A stretch of 62,558 bases of DNA, counting the filler. It is 4 parts of 4 records of this genome, joined end to end, with 100 filler letters (N's around TTAATTAATTAA, not from the genome) between each part and the next. Parts side by side here need not be neighbours in the genome. Positions count along the whole stretch, not along the records: positions 27,937 to 32,342 come from SRR20825010_1342; positions 32,443 to 49,642 come from SRR20825010_1343; 2 more parts are not named here. The stretch is one strand, 5' to 3'. Shown here piece after piece: positions 27,938-39,063 of the stretch (its first letter is position 1; every line of letters starts with the position of its first letter). The translations under genes and the position numbers were made by a program. The notes beneath the pieces were generated by a model that did not search any database, was not told the DNA's origin, and worked only from the letters and a program-made list of their open reading frames with translations.

Positions 27938-28780
27938 GGCAAATGGATGGATGGCTGGGAAAGCCGTCGCAAGCGCGAAGAGGGATATGATCATTGTATC
28001 ATTCGTCTTGGGCTGCCCGGTGTCCTTCACGGCGTTGATATCGATACCAGTCATTTTACGGGAAATTTTCCGCCCTCGGCCTCAATCGATGCCTGCCTGG
28101 TGGAGGGGGAGCCGGGGCCGGATACGGAATGGATGGAGATCCTTCCCGCCTTTGGTTTGAAAGGTGACAGTCATCATCTCCATGCAATTCCAGATTCCCG
28201 GACCTGGAGCCATCTACGGCTGAATATCTATCCCGATGGCGGAATTGCCCGGCTTCGCGTCTATGGTCAGGTGCAGTGCAATTGGGATAAGCGCGACCCG
28301 GATGAGATGGTTGACCTTGCGGCGCTGGTCAATGGCGGACGCGGCATTGCGGCGAGTGATGAACATTACGGCACGCCGTCGCAAATTCTCGCGCCGGGGC
28401 GCGGGATCAATATGGGCGATGGTTGGGAGACCCGCCGCCGGCGGGAGCCGGGCAATGACTGGGCGTTGATCTCGCTGGGTCATCCGGGCGTCATTTCTAA
28501 AATCGACGTCGATACCGCGCATTTCAAGGGAAATTACCCCGACCGCTGTTCAATACAGGCAGCCCTTGTTGCAGGTGGAACGGAGGAGTCTCTCGTCACG
28601 CAAAGCATGTTCTGGAAAACGCTGCTGCCGGAGCAGAAACTTGAAATGGATGCAATCCACAGCTTCGAAAAAGAGGTGGCTGATATCGGCCCCGTAAGTC
28701 ATATCCGGCTTAACATCATTCCCGATGGCGGGATTAGCCGGTTGCGGTTGTTCGGGCGGATCAGCCGAGGCGTAAAATGA
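27938..28780 (+). CDS. alc: Allantoicase, 5'-truncated
   Basis: [36 protein letters not shown], repeated [11 protein letters not shown]. Confidence 0.95.
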   Translation, partial: GKWMDGWESRRKREEGYDHCIIRLGLPGVLHGVDIDTSHFTGNFPPSASIDACLVEGEPGPDTEWMEILPAFGLKGDSHHLHAIPDSRTWSHLRLNIYPDGGIARLRVYGQVQCNWDKRDPDEMVDLAALVNGGRGIAASDEHYGTPSQILAPGRGINMGDGWETRRRREPGNDWALISLGHPGVISKIDVDTAHFKGNYPDRCSIQAALVAGGTEESLVTQSMFWKTLLPEQKLEMDAIHSFEKEVADIGPVSHIRLNIIPDGGISRLRLFGRISRGVK

Positions 28781-29265
28781 CCCTCAAAATAGAGCCGCTG
28801 ACAAGAAAGGCCTTCGCACCCTTCGGCGATGTGATCGAGACAGATGGCGCGGAGAATTTTATCATCAATAACGGATCAACGATCCGGTTTCATGACCTCG
28901 CAAAAATTGAGACAGATGAAGACGGGCGGGTTCTGGTGAATATCTTCCGGGCGACCCCGCTCGACTACCCCTTTAACATCCGTCTGGTAGAGCGGCACCC
29001 GAAAGGAAGTCAGGCCTTTATCCCGCTCAACAACCGGCCCTATCTGGTTCTGGTTGCGCCGAAGGGGAAAGTGGTTCGACCGGAAGAATTACGGGTGTTT
29101 CGGGCGGAAGGGCATCAGGGTGTCAATTACCATGCGGGCACCTGGCATCATCCCGTGCTGGCATTGGAAGACGTCAGCGATTTTCTGGTGATCGACCGGG
29201 CCGGACCCGGGGCGAATTGCGACGAGATCCATTTTGACGATCCGGATATGATCCTCGCCTTATAG
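28777..29265 (+). CDS. allA: Ureidoglycolate lyase
   Basis: [32 protein letters not shown]. Confidence 0.95.
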   Translation: MTLKIEPLTRKAFAPFGDVIETDGAENFIINNGSTIRFHDLAKIETDEDGRVLVNIFRATPLDYPFNIRLVERHPKGSQAFIPLNNRPYLVLVAPKGKVVRPEELRVFRAEGHQGVNYHAGTWHHPVLALEDVSDFLVIDRAGPGANCDEIHFDDPDMILAL

Positions 29266-30006
29266 CTTGCTCCGGTAGTGGTACTGATAGAGCACCTCAC
29301 GAAAACCGATACGGTTCCAGAATTCCCGCCCGATTTCGTTCTCCGTCACGACCTGAAGATAGGCTTCTCTCACGCCGGATTTCTTTGCCATATGGAGCAT
29401 ATGCCGGGCAATGCGCGCGCCAAACCCGCGCCGTCGAAAATATGGGTGGGTCGCAAATTCAAAAAGCCCGAGGAAATCTGGCGATTGAACGCCCATGCCA
29501 CAGGCGACAATTTCTTTTCCACGCAGAATGGCCAGCGCCTGAATGTCGAGATCGATAAGGGAGAGCATCTCGCGAAAGACAGCCTGCTTCGCGGCATCCT
29601 GCCCGGTAAGTGCGGCGACCCCCCGCAACCAGAATTCTGATCTGGCGTCATATGTGATGATATCCTCATCGGAATCGGCGGTGATCGCGTCATCGATTGT
29701 CTGCACGCGCACTTCTGTTTCGCCAAAGAAGCCATAATTCCGCTCCGCTAACATGCCATCCAGCTTTTCATCCGAAAGCGGTGTCAAGCGGAAGTGGCAG
29801 GGCTGCCCTTCCTGTGCATAGGCGGCTTCGCAATGCTCAATTTTCTCTGCCAGCGGTAGTTCTCCCCGCGATACAATATTGACCGAATTTGCCCGGCGTG
29901 TATGGTTCCGGGCGAAACGCAAATGCCAGCCATCATAGATTTCGGTTTGAAGCGCAGGGATGGCGGATAGGGAATGGGCTTCTATTTCGGCGATCCGGTG
30001 TAACAT
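29260..30006 (-). CDS. GNAT-family N-acetyltransferase
   Basis: [21 protein letters not shown] acetyl-CoA motif, AYLQV. Confidence 0.88.
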   Translation of the reverse strand: MLHRIAEIEAHSLSAIPALQTEIYDGWHLRFARNHTRRANSVNIVSRGELPLAEKIEHCEAAYAQEGQPCHFRLTPLSDEKLDGMLAERNYGFFGETEVRVQTIDDAITADSDEDIITYDARSEFWLRGVAALTGQDAAKQAVFREMLSLIDLDIQALAILRGKEIVACGMGVQSPDFLGLFEFATHPYFRRRGFGARIARHMLHMAKKSGVREAYLQVVTENEIGREFWNRIGFREVLYQYHYRSKL

Positions 30007-30092
30007 AAGGTGTCATTAAAAATTGTTTGGGTTGATATTCCTTAAGGGCCGGGAATAATTGCCTATACTGCCACAGGAGCAATGGTCTGCCC

Positions 30093-32216
30093 ATGGGTTC
30101 TTTTTTTAAGCCGCTGAAAAATCGCCTGATGGCGGCTTGCGTCCTGTCGATGATCCTGATTGCGGTGTTGTTTTTGCGGTTTGTCGATCTGCGGCCCGAA
30201 GTCTCCCCTGATTTCTTTTTTGGCTCTAACGATCCGGAACTGGCGCAGTCCACGGCCATTCATGAGCTGTTTCCATCTGATGAATTCCTGATTATCAGCG
30301 TTGCGGGTCGGGATATCTTCTCCCCCCGTTACTATGACCGATTGTCGAGTTTTTCGGGCGATATTGAAAAGATTGTCGGGATCAGCCGTGTGATCAGCGT
30401 TGCCACCGGCCCGGAAGATGTAAGGGCGGCGAGGGACAGCCCGTTCTGGCGGCCCTTGCTGGTCAGTGAGGATAACCGTGCGACATTGATAATTGCCTTT
30501 GTCGATGCAGTGTCTTCCCAGAATCTGGTTGAAGAAGTTGAGGCTGCGTCTGCGCTCTTCGATGATGGAGAAGCGTTTCATATTCGTCTTTCCGGTATGC
30601 CCTATATTGTCGAGCAAATCCGCCGCAGCCTAATCTATGATCTACAAATATTCAGCACGGCTTCGCTGGTTATTTTCGCGGCTATCCTGCTGATAGTTTT
30701 CCGCTCTCCAGTCATTGCTCTCGGCGCCTGCGTGAGCGGTATTACCGCGATCTTTCTGACCTTGCTGATATTGAAGGGATTGGGTCAGCCCATCGGGATC
30801 CTGACCGCCAATCTTGCCATCATTGTCTTTGTGCTGGTTCAGTCTCAGGCGATTTATCTGACAGCGAACTGGCGGCAAGTGCGCGATCTGGGGGAGGTTG
30901 TTGCGGTACGGCAGGCCATTGCGCAGACATTCCGTGCGTCCTTCTGGTGCATGGTGACGACGCTGCTCGGCTTTGCCGCGCTCCTCAATGTTGCGGCGGA
31001 GCCATTGCGACAGCTGGGGGCCGGAGGGATTGTTGGGGCCATCGCCGCGCTTATCTGCTGTTATCTGCTTTATCCCGTCTTTCTGCTCTTCGCGGTGCGG
31101 CGAGTGGATAAAAAGATCACAACGAAGAACAGTGATACAAATGCGCGCTTGGGGTTTGTTCGGTACGGGAGTGCTCTCTGTCTTATCCTGATTGCTGCTG
31201 CCTCGCTGCCGGGTCTTGCCCGGCTCAATACCGACCCGAGCCTTCTCACTTATTTTGAAAAAGATGGCGATCTTTATGAAGGGCTGGCGTTTGTTGATCA
31301 AAACGGTGGCAGTAGCCCTCTCAAACTCGTTGTCCGCTTGAAGGATGGCGGGAGGCTCGATACTGAAATCGGTTATGAGGCCATGTGGAACCTGCATAAC
31401 GAATTGCTCGCGGAGGAAAATGTTGGCACAATCATTTCCCTGCCGGCGCTTCTGGCGGAAGCAAATTCACACCCGCTTGCCTTCCTGTTGCCATGGCGGG
31501 AAATTGTGAGCCTTTTGTCGCTTGGCATTAACGATAATGTTGCCGATAATTTCCTGAATGAAGACCGGGATCAGACGCTCTTTCTGCTCCGTATGAAAGA
31601 AACGGGACGAGAAGAACCGCGTAATGCTGTCATGCAGCGCCTTCAGGAAGTGGTCAATGCCGTCGGGTTTGAGGTCACGCTTACCGGCGGGGTTTATATG
31701 CTGCAGGGGCGTCTCTCCGACCTTGTGGCACGCAGCCTTCTCACCGGAACATCAATGTTGCTTTTACTGTTCGGGCTGATTGCCTGGCTGGTGAGCCGGA
31801 ATTGGCAGGTGGCGCTGGCAATGACCCTGACGGCGGCGCTTATTCCCGTGACGGTGCTGGGTGGGGCGGGCTGGTTCGATGTGCCGGTGGATATCATCTC
31901 CGCCCCGGCCGTCAGCGTGTGCTTTGGCATTGCGGTGGACGCCCTGATCCATCTGGCGCTTGCGCTTCGGCGCGACGGATATCCTCAAAAAGGCGTGGCG
32001 GCGATCGCTCGGGCCATGCGGGAGCAATCCGTCGGGATTATTACGTCGAGCGGTATAATCGCCATCGGGTTCCTGATCTTCTCCATTTCTGCATTTCCGC
32101 CAACCGCCCGCTTCGGTGGGGAGATTGTGATCGGGGCGCTTTTTGCGGGCGCAGCGACGCTCACCCTGTTTCCGGTGCTGACAAGAGTTTTCATTCCGGC
32201 GTCGAGGACAGCATGA
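30093..32216 (+). CDS. MMPL/RND-superfamily exporter
   Basis: Two repeats of TM-large loop-5TM; TTLLGF, GIAVDALIH. Confidence 0.85.
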   Translation: MGSFFKPLKNRLMAACVLSMILIAVLFLRFVDLRPEVSPDFFFGSNDPELAQSTAIHELFPSDEFLIISVAGRDIFSPRYYDRLSSFSGDIEKIVGISRVISVATGPEDVRAARDSPFWRPLLVSEDNRATLIIAFVDAVSSQNLVEEVEAASALFDDGEAFHIRLSGMPYIVEQIRRSLIYDLQIFSTASLVIFAAILLIVFRSPVIALGACVSGITAIFLTLLILKGLGQPIGILTANLAIIVFVLVQSQAIYLTANWRQVRDLGEVVAVRQAIAQTFRASFWCMVTTLLGFAALLNVAAEPLRQLGAGGIVGAIAALICCYLLYPVFLLFAVRRVDKKITTKNSDTNARLGFVRYGSALCLILIAAASLPGLARLNTDPSLLTYFEKDGDLYEGLAFVDQNGGSSPLKLVVRLKDGGRLDTEIGYEAMWNLHNELLAEENVGTIISLPALLAEANSHPLAFLLPWREIVSLLSLGINDNVADNFLNEDRDQTLFLLRMKETGREEPRNAVMQRLQEVVNAVGFEVTLTGGVYMLQGRLSDLVARSLLTGTSMLLLLFGLIAWLVSRNWQVALAMTLTAALIPVTVLGGAGWFDVPVDIISAPAVSVCFGIAVDALIHLALALRRDGYPQKGVAAIARAMREQSVGIITSSGIIAIGFLIFSISAFPPTARFGGEIVIGALFAGAATLTLFPVLTRVFIPASRTA

Positions 32217-32342
32217 GTATTGATTTTGCAAAAACGGGCCTGCCGGTCGTCGATATCCTGACAGACCTTGCGTCGGTGCTTGCGAATGCGCCGTCGGCTA
32301 TTCTGGAGGCGGCGCCGGGCGCGGGTAAAACAACGCTGGTGC
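32213..32342 (+). CDS. hrpB: ATP-dependent helicase HrpB, N-terminal fragment
   Basis: LPVVDIL...ILEAAPGAGKTTLV; cut by the spacer. Confidence 0.8.
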
Positions 32343-32442
32343 NNNNNNNNNNNNNNNNNNNNNNNNNNNNNNNNNNNNNNNNNNNNTTAATTAATTAANN
32401 NNNNNNNNNNNNNNNNNNNNNNNNNNNNNNNNNNNNNNNNNN
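32343..32442. other. Artificial contig spacer
   Basis: N44-TTAATTAATTAA-N44. Confidence 0.99.
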
Positions 32443-34474
32443 GCGGGGTATCAAAGGTCAGCCCGATTATCATTTGAACCTTGCGCCGCTGCCGGTTGTC
32501 CCAGTTGACGATCACCTGATCCGACAGCTGCGCGTTGGGCATGATCATCAGCGTGTTGTCCATCGTCCGCAGCCGGGTCGAGCGCAGGCCAACCGTCTCG
32601 ATCACCGCGAAGACGCCTGCCGCCTCGATCATGTCGCCCTTGCGGAAGGGGCGGTCCGACAACAGGATCGCGCCGCCCAAGATGTTCGACACGGTCTCAC
32701 GCGCCGCAAAGGCCACTGCGACGCCACCGATGCCCAAACCCGTCAAAACGCCCTCATAGGGCAGCCCCACCACATCCGCGCAGGCAATGATCGCCCCCAC
32801 GATGATCAGCAGTTTCAGCAGACCCTGCGCGAGCGACAGGACAATCTCGTCGGTATAGGCGCGGGTCAGCGTGGCGCGCGCCATCAGCGCGTCATGGATC
32901 AGCGACACGGCTCGATAGGCCAGTGCCGCTATGGCGAGGATCAGCAGGATCGCCGACAGCGCCGACACAGGGCCAAAGGCCCGCAATGTCAGTCCCAACC
33001 GTTCACTGGCGTCCAGAAACAGCAGCGCAACCACCAACATCCCCGCCGGTCCGGCCATCCGGGCAACAAAAGATGCGATGGTCCCCCGGTCGGTTCCCAG
33101 CGTCCGCGCCGCGCGCCAAGCCAACGACAGTGTGCCCGCTATCGCCAGCAGATAACCCGCCAGCCCGACCCATTGCCAGATTTCCAGCCCGAACATGCGG
33201 CGCTGAAATCCGTCGACTCGCGCTAGAAGTGCCTGCCGGGTGGCGAAATACCGTGACAGCGGCTGCGATGCCGTCTGTCCGGGGGCCAGTGGCATCCGCT
33301 CCAGTGCCTTGTCCAGCGCGGGCAGGGACTCCAACGTGTTGCGCGAAAACCGCCAGAGCCTCGAGACCGGACCGCCGTCCACGTCCTTGATGCGAGTAGG
33401 GGCGATGGTGAGGCTGCCCAACGGGTGCTTGTAGTACACATAGGGTTGCGGGCGGGCCGGATCGTCGGGGATCTCTTGCCAGTAGACAATGCCGATCCGG
33501 TCGATGGTCCGACGGAGATAATCGGCCATCAGCGCACCCTCGGCCCGGCGCAGCTGGTGGGGCACATGATCAAGGTCCAGCGCGCGCAAGGCCCGCGCGC
33601 CGCCCGCGCCGTTCCAGTCCCTTGTCCCAAGGAGAAAGTCCATCATCACCATGCGCGGCGATCCGGCGCGGGCCTTGTCCAGCGTATCCAGTGTGTCGTG
33701 CCCGCGGGCCTGAACCAACCGCGACAGATCAGCCTGCAAGGCAGGCCCGGGTGGCACCAACAGATGCCACAGCTGCGTCTCGTCCAGCCGAAACACCAAC
33801 TGGTACGTTGCGCTTGTGCCCGCCGGTCCGATCTCAAACAGCAGTTCGGTGCCCGGCTCTGCCGCTGGGGGCGGCTCCGGCGCGTCCAACAGCCGAAAGG
33901 TCGAGATGTCGAGAATATGCCAGAGCGCGCGTTGCCGTCGATCACGGTCCGACGACCCGCTTTCGGGGCCGTCATAGGTCAGCAGCGGGTCGATCCAGCG
34001 CATCTGCCCCTCACGCTCACGATACTGCGCGTCGTTCCCGGCCGCGAGGATGCTGCTCAGGGTGGCGCGCGGGGTTGCCCCGCTCCACCAGTCGGGGCGG
34101 TGTTGCTCGGCCAGGTCGGTGCGATGGCCGTTCCACCAGTCGCCAGTGCCAAAGCGCCCGGCAAAGCTCTGCCCGTCGTGCGCCAGCACAAAGGTGAACG
34201 TCCCGCGTTCCGCCATCTCCTGCCAAGTTCCGCGCAACACGCCGTCGGGCGAGATGGTGCCAGTCAATCGGCCGTCCCCGGGTTGATAGGTGCCGGACAC
34301 CGTGTCGCCGCGCCGTTCCAGAAGGACAACAGCCTCACCGGCGGACCAATAGGTCTGCCAATCGCCAGCCCATCCGTCCTGCGCCGCGCCACTGCGGGGC
34401 AGGGCAGTACACAGGAGGAACAGCAGCAACAACAGAGAAAACGGGCGCAGGCTCAACGACATGGGAATGTCCAT
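32443..34474 (-). CDS. MscS-family mechanosensitive channel with large periplasmic N-terminus, 3'-truncated
   Basis: GLGIGGVAVAFAA, DRPFRKGD, VGLRSTRLRT, MPNAQL; signal peptide. Start 34474 or 34462. Confidence 0.9.
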
Positions 34475-34812
34475 TTAGGGGTGTCGCCAGCTTAGGAACA
34501 TTGCGGGTCGCATCAAGCGCGCGGCGTGCGGAATTTGCCCGGTTTTTCCCTGATTCGTGTGCTTTTGCACGCCGGGACGGGCTACGATCACGCGAATTGC
34601 CCGCCGACGGTGGGCGGCGCCATTCAGGGCAACGGATTGAAATCAAGACGTTTCAGGCGAATTTTAAACCCGTTGACACAGTGTTTCCCGGTTTGCGCCG
34701 GAATCCCTGCCCGCGGCAGGCGTATGGCGCTAGATTGTTCCCATCTCGGTTAAAGCTGTTTTGTGACAAAAGCGCGGTGTTTTCTGCGCCAAGCCAATAG
34801 GAAAATAGAGCG

Positions 34813-36483
34813 ATGACGCTGTCAGCGCCGAACGGGACATTCACCGGACCTCTGCGGATCGAAATTGCCGTGCAATACGACAGCCTTGGCGCGGGGCCGT
34901 CGCAACCTCTGGTCGCGCTGGGCACCGAAGCGGGGGACGCGCGCCTGACCCTTGGCCAACTCGGTTCCAGCGACGATCTGTATTTTGAATTGTCTCAGGA
35001 CGGGTCGGTGTACCGGCTTGTGGCCGAGGATGCGCTGATCTCCGGTGAGACCGCCAGCTTTGCCGCCGTGATCGACGCCGAGGGCGTCATGGCGCTGTAC
35101 AAGGACGACACGCTGTTGGCCGAGATGCCCGCCGAGGTGCCACTGGCGCTGCCGGTCGCGGATCTGCGCGGCCCGGCGACGCCGAATGACGCCATGGTGA
35201 TCGACCTGACAATCGAACCGATCAGCCCGACGATGGCAGGCGGCGACATGGCGATTGTCGCGCACCCCGACGATGACCTGTTGTTCATGAATCCCCACAT
35301 CGCTGACACCATCGCAGACGGCGACCCGATGACCACGGTCTTTGTCACTGCCGGCGATGCCGGGGACGAGTCCGCCTATTGGGAGGCGAGAGAAATGGGG
35401 GCCAAGGCGGCCTATGCCCAGATGGCCGGTGCCGATCCCGCCGATTGGGTGGATGAGACCGTGACGCTGGATGTCGGCGGCGTCGCGTGGGAAGTGCAAA
35501 GCAGTTATCTGGCCGATGATCCGCAAGTACGGCTGTATTTCCTGCGCACGCCGGACGGGATCGACGGCGGCGGCACCGACACCTATGGCTTTGGCAGTCT
35601 CGAACGCCTGCTGGAGGGCGATGCCGACCAGATCACCACCGTTGACGGGCTGGTCACTTATTCATCTGACGATCTGACACAGGTGCTGGGCGCGATCATG
35701 ACCCGGCATATGCCTGATGACATTCTGTTGCAGGACGACTCCAGCGAGATCGAACACAGCGACCACGTCCACACCACCGAACTCGCCGAAGCGGCCCTGC
35801 CGCTTTACGGAGAGGACGTGACAGTCACTCATTTCACTGGCTACATCAGCTGGGCCGAGGAAGAGAACCTGACCCCGGATCAGGTCGCGCTGGTCACCGG
35901 CGTGTTTGAGACCTACGCCGCCTTTGATCCGTTTGTGACGGATGATGCCGGTGCCCTGCGCGAACCCTATACCGACTGGGTGCTGCGGGAATATGTGACC
36001 GAACAATACAGCATCGTCGATGGAGAGCGGGTCGATGGCCCCTTGCCAGAGGACGATCCAGAGCCTGCCGATCCAGAGCCGGTCGATCCAGACCCCGAAA
36101 ACCCGACACCGGTTGATCCCGATCCGGTTGTGCCTGACCCCATTGACCCCGCACCCATAGATCCGCAACCCGATCCGGCAGCGCCTGAAGAGCCCGCACC
36201 GACGGGCGGCGATCTTTTCGGTCCAAATGGAACGTATTTCCAGTTCCTCGCCGGAAATGCGGGGAAATGGGAGGTTGCGGCCCCAACTGAACCGGCACCA
36301 GACCCCGTTGAACCGACGCCGATTGATCCCACACCAGTTGATCCGATCCCCAATCCTGCCAGCGATCCTTTTGGTCCCGGCGGGCTGTATGAGCAATTGA
36401 TGCTCTCGGGCGGCGCGAAATGGGAAACGCTCGACCTGCCCGACGAAGACGATGTTTTAGACGATTCGGTTGAGGTGCTCTGA
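34813..36483 (+). CDS. PIG-L/LmbE-family deacetylase with N-terminal beta-rich domain and Pro/Asp-rich tail
   Basis: IVAHPDDDLLF, VTAGDAG, EHSDH metal ligands; DPxP repeats. Confidence 0.82.
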   Translation: MTLSAPNGTFTGPLRIEIAVQYDSLGAGPSQPLVALGTEAGDARLTLGQLGSSDDLYFELSQDGSVYRLVAEDALISGETASFAAVIDAEGVMALYKDDTLLAEMPAEVPLALPVADLRGPATPNDAMVIDLTIEPISPTMAGGDMAIVAHPDDDLLFMNPHIADTIADGDPMTTVFVTAGDAGDESAYWEAREMGAKAAYAQMAGADPADWVDETVTLDVGGVAWEVQSSYLADDPQVRLYFLRTPDGIDGGGTDTYGFGSLERLLEGDADQITTVDGLVTYSSDDLTQVLGAIMTRHMPDDILLQDDSSEIEHSDHVHTTELAEAALPLYGEDVTVTHFTGYISWAEEENLTPDQVALVTGVFETYAAFDPFVTDDAGALREPYTDWVLREYVTEQYSIVDGERVDGPLPEDDPEPADPEPVDPDPENPTPVDPDPVVPDPIDPAPIDPQPDPAAPEEPAPTGGDLFGPNGTYFQFLAGNAGKWEVAAPTEPAPDPVEPTPIDPTPVDPIPNPASDPFGPGGLYEQLMLSGGAKWETLDLPDEDDVLDDSVEVL

Positions 36484-36528
36484 CCGGCCCGCCCGCCGCG
36501 CAACACCCCCTGTTTGCCCTGCCCAAAC

Positions 36529-36585
36529 GGCGACAGGTCACGCCACATGTCGCCTTTGGAACATGCTCTGGACATTTCTGTCTAG
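36529..36585. promoter_or_regulatory. Two inverted repeats upstream of the GcvT-MttB-TetR operon (operator candidates)
   Basis: GGCGACA-N12-TGTCGCC (36529-36554) and CTGGACA-N4-TGTCTAG (36568-36585). Confidence 0.45.
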
Positions 36586-36645
36586 TCCGCTCCGGACCCA
36601 CCACCTAGCCTGACTTCAAAGCATTGAAGCCAAAGAGGGTCGGAC

Positions 36646-39063
36646 ATGAACACTCATTACCGCGTGGTTGTCATTGGCGGGGGCGTCGTGGGCGCGTCTG
36701 TGCTGTATCATCTTGCGAAACTCGGTTGGCGCGATGTCTGCCTGTTGGAACGCGCGGTCCTGACCGCCGGGTCGTCCTGGCACGCGGCGGGCGGAATCCA
36801 CGCGCTGAACGCCGACCCGAACATGGCCGCCCTCCAAGCCTATACCATCGACCTGCTGCCGGAGATTGAAAAGGAATCCGGCCAGAACATCGGCCTGCAC
36901 ATGACCGGGGGTCTGACGCTGGCGGGGACGCCCGACCGCTGGGAGTGGCTGCAATCGGCTTACCGGGTGTTTCAGTCTATCGGCATCGAAGATTGCGAAC
37001 TGCTGACGCCGGAAGAGGCGCAAAAGCGCTGTCCGATCATGTCGACCGACGGCATCCTTGGCGCCATGTGGGCCGATCGTGAGGGCTATCTTGACACCAC
37101 CGGAACGGTACACGCCTACGCAGGTGCCGCCAAAAAGCGGGGGGCCACAGTTCACGAACACACCAAGGTGCAGGCGCTGGAGCAGACCGCCGATGGCTGG
37201 AAGGTTGTGACGGATAAGGGCACGATCACCTGCGAACATGTGGTCAACGCCGCTGGCCTGTGGGCCAAACAGGTCGGCCGCATGGCAGGCATAGAACTGC
37301 CGGTCTCACCCCTGAAACATCATTATTTCATTACCGACACCGTGCCCGAAATCGCCAAGCTGGACTTTGAGGTGCCAATGACCGTCGACCTTGAGGGGTT
37401 CACCTACACCCGGCAGGACCAGAACGGCCTGTTGGTGGGCATCTATGAGGTCGACCACGAACACTGGGCGATGGATGGCGCGCCGTGGGATTACGGGATG
37501 GAGCTGTTTCAGGAACAGACGGACCGCATCGAAAAGGAGTTGATCTGCGCCTATGAACGCTATCCCGCGCTGGAAAACGTCGGGATCAAGACATGGGTCA
37601 ACGGTGCCTTTACTTTCTCACCCGACGGCAACCCGCTGGTCGGCCCGGTGCGCGGCAAGCGCGGTTACTGGTCCGCCTGTGCCGTCATGGCGGGGTTCCT
37701 GCAGGGTGGAGGTGTCGGCAAAACACTGGCCGAATGGATGATCCACGGAGAGCCAGAGGCCGACGCATGGTCGATGGACGTGTCGCGCTACGGCGACTTT
37801 GCCCAGAACAAGCGCTATATCAAGGAAACCACCGGCCAGTTCTATTCCCGCCGCTTCGTGATGACCTACCCGAACGAACAACTGCCCGCTGGCCGCCCGC
37901 TGAAAACCGCCCCTGCCTATTCGGCCATGTCCGATGCAGGCTGCAGGTGGGGCGTCAGCTGGGATCTTGAGGTGCCGCTGTATTTTGCCCCCACGGGGTT
38001 TGAGGAAACACCGACGCTCAAACGGTCCAATGCCTTTGACATCGTGGGCGCGGAATGCCGCCATGTGCGCGACAAGGTGGGCCTGATCGACATCACCGGA
38101 TTTTCGCGGTTCGAGGTGTCCGGCCCGAAAGCCGAAGGCTGGCTGGACCGCATCATGGCCTCGAAATTGCCGAAACCGGGCCGGGCCAAGCTGGCCCCGA
38201 TGTTGGAACCGGGGGGCCGCCTGAAAGGCGATCTGACCGTGTTCAACTGGGGCGATGGCACATGGTGGATCATGGGCAGCTACTACCTGCGCGCATGGCA
38301 CATGCGCTGGTTCGAGGATCACATGGACGAAGGCGTGCAGGTCCGTGATCTGGGCGAAGAGGTCTGCGGTTTTGCCTTGACCGGGCCGCGTTCGCGCGCC
38401 GTGATCGACAAGGTCTGCGAGGGTGCGGGCGACCTGCCGTTTATGGGCTGCGCCGCGCTGGATGTGGGCCTGTTCCGCGCGCGCGTCGCGCGCATGTCTG
38501 TCGCCGGGGAACTGGGGTACGAGATCAACGTGCGCTACGGCGATCACATCAAGCTGCGCGAGTTGCTGCTGGAGGCGGGGGCGGATCAGGACATCCGCGA
38601 ATACGGGTTCAACGCCATGCTATCGCTGCGGCTGGAGAAATCTTTTGGCATCTGGTCGGCGGAATTCACCCAAGGGTATACCCCCGGTGAGACCGGAATG
38701 GACCGGTGGATCGACTGGGACAAACCTGATTTCATCGGCAAACAGGCGGCTCTGGCGGAACGCGACACCGGGGCCAAACGCCGGATCGTGACGTTGGAGG
38801 TGGACAGCCGTGACGCCGACGCCAGCGGGTATGAACCGGTCTGGAAAGACGGCGAAAAGGTCGGCTTTGTCACTTCGGGCGGATACGGGCACACGTTGGG
38901 CAAATCCTACGCCTTGGCCATGGTCAGTGCGAACGCGGCGGCAGAGGGCACAAACCTGTCCGTGCACGTCGTCGGCGTTGAATGCCCGGCCCGTGTGATT
39001 GCGCCCTCACCCTATGACCCCGCAGGAAACGCCATGCGCGCAAAGTCGGGCGCGTCGTCATGA
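36646..39063 (+). CDS. FAD-dependent GcvT-family oxidoreductase (dimethylglycine/sarcosine dehydrogenase-like)
   Basis: VIGGGVVG, GSSWHAAG, FSPDGNPLVG, GELGYEI, LRLEK, VTSGGYG. Confidence 0.92.
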   Translation: MNTHYRVVVIGGGVVGASVLYHLAKLGWRDVCLLERAVLTAGSSWHAAGGIHALNADPNMAALQAYTIDLLPEIEKESGQNIGLHMTGGLTLAGTPDRWEWLQSAYRVFQSIGIEDCELLTPEEAQKRCPIMSTDGILGAMWADREGYLDTTGTVHAYAGAAKKRGATVHEHTKVQALEQTADGWKVVTDKGTITCEHVVNAAGLWAKQVGRMAGIELPVSPLKHHYFITDTVPEIAKLDFEVPMTVDLEGFTYTRQDQNGLLVGIYEVDHEHWAMDGAPWDYGMELFQEQTDRIEKELICAYERYPALENVGIKTWVNGAFTFSPDGNPLVGPVRGKRGYWSACAVMAGFLQGGGVGKTLAEWMIHGEPEADAWSMDVSRYGDFAQNKRYIKETTGQFYSRRFVMTYPNEQLPAGRPLKTAPAYSAMSDAGCRWGVSWDLEVPLYFAPTGFEETPTLKRSNAFDIVGAECRHVRDKVGLIDITGFSRFEVSGPKAEGWLDRIMASKLPKPGRAKLAPMLEPGGRLKGDLTVFNWGDGTWWIMGSYYLRAWHMRWFEDHMDEGVQVRDLGEEVCGFALTGPRSRAVIDKVCEGAGDLPFMGCAALDVGLFRARVARMSVAGELGYEINVRYGDHIKLRELLLEAGADQDIREYGFNAMLSLRLEKSFGIWSAEFTQGYTPGETGMDRWIDWDKPDFIGKQAALAERDTGAKRRIVTLEVDSRDADASGYEPVWKDGEKVGFVTSGGYGHTLGKSYALAMVSANAAAEGTNLSVHVVGVECPARVIAPSPYDPAGNAMRAKSGASS

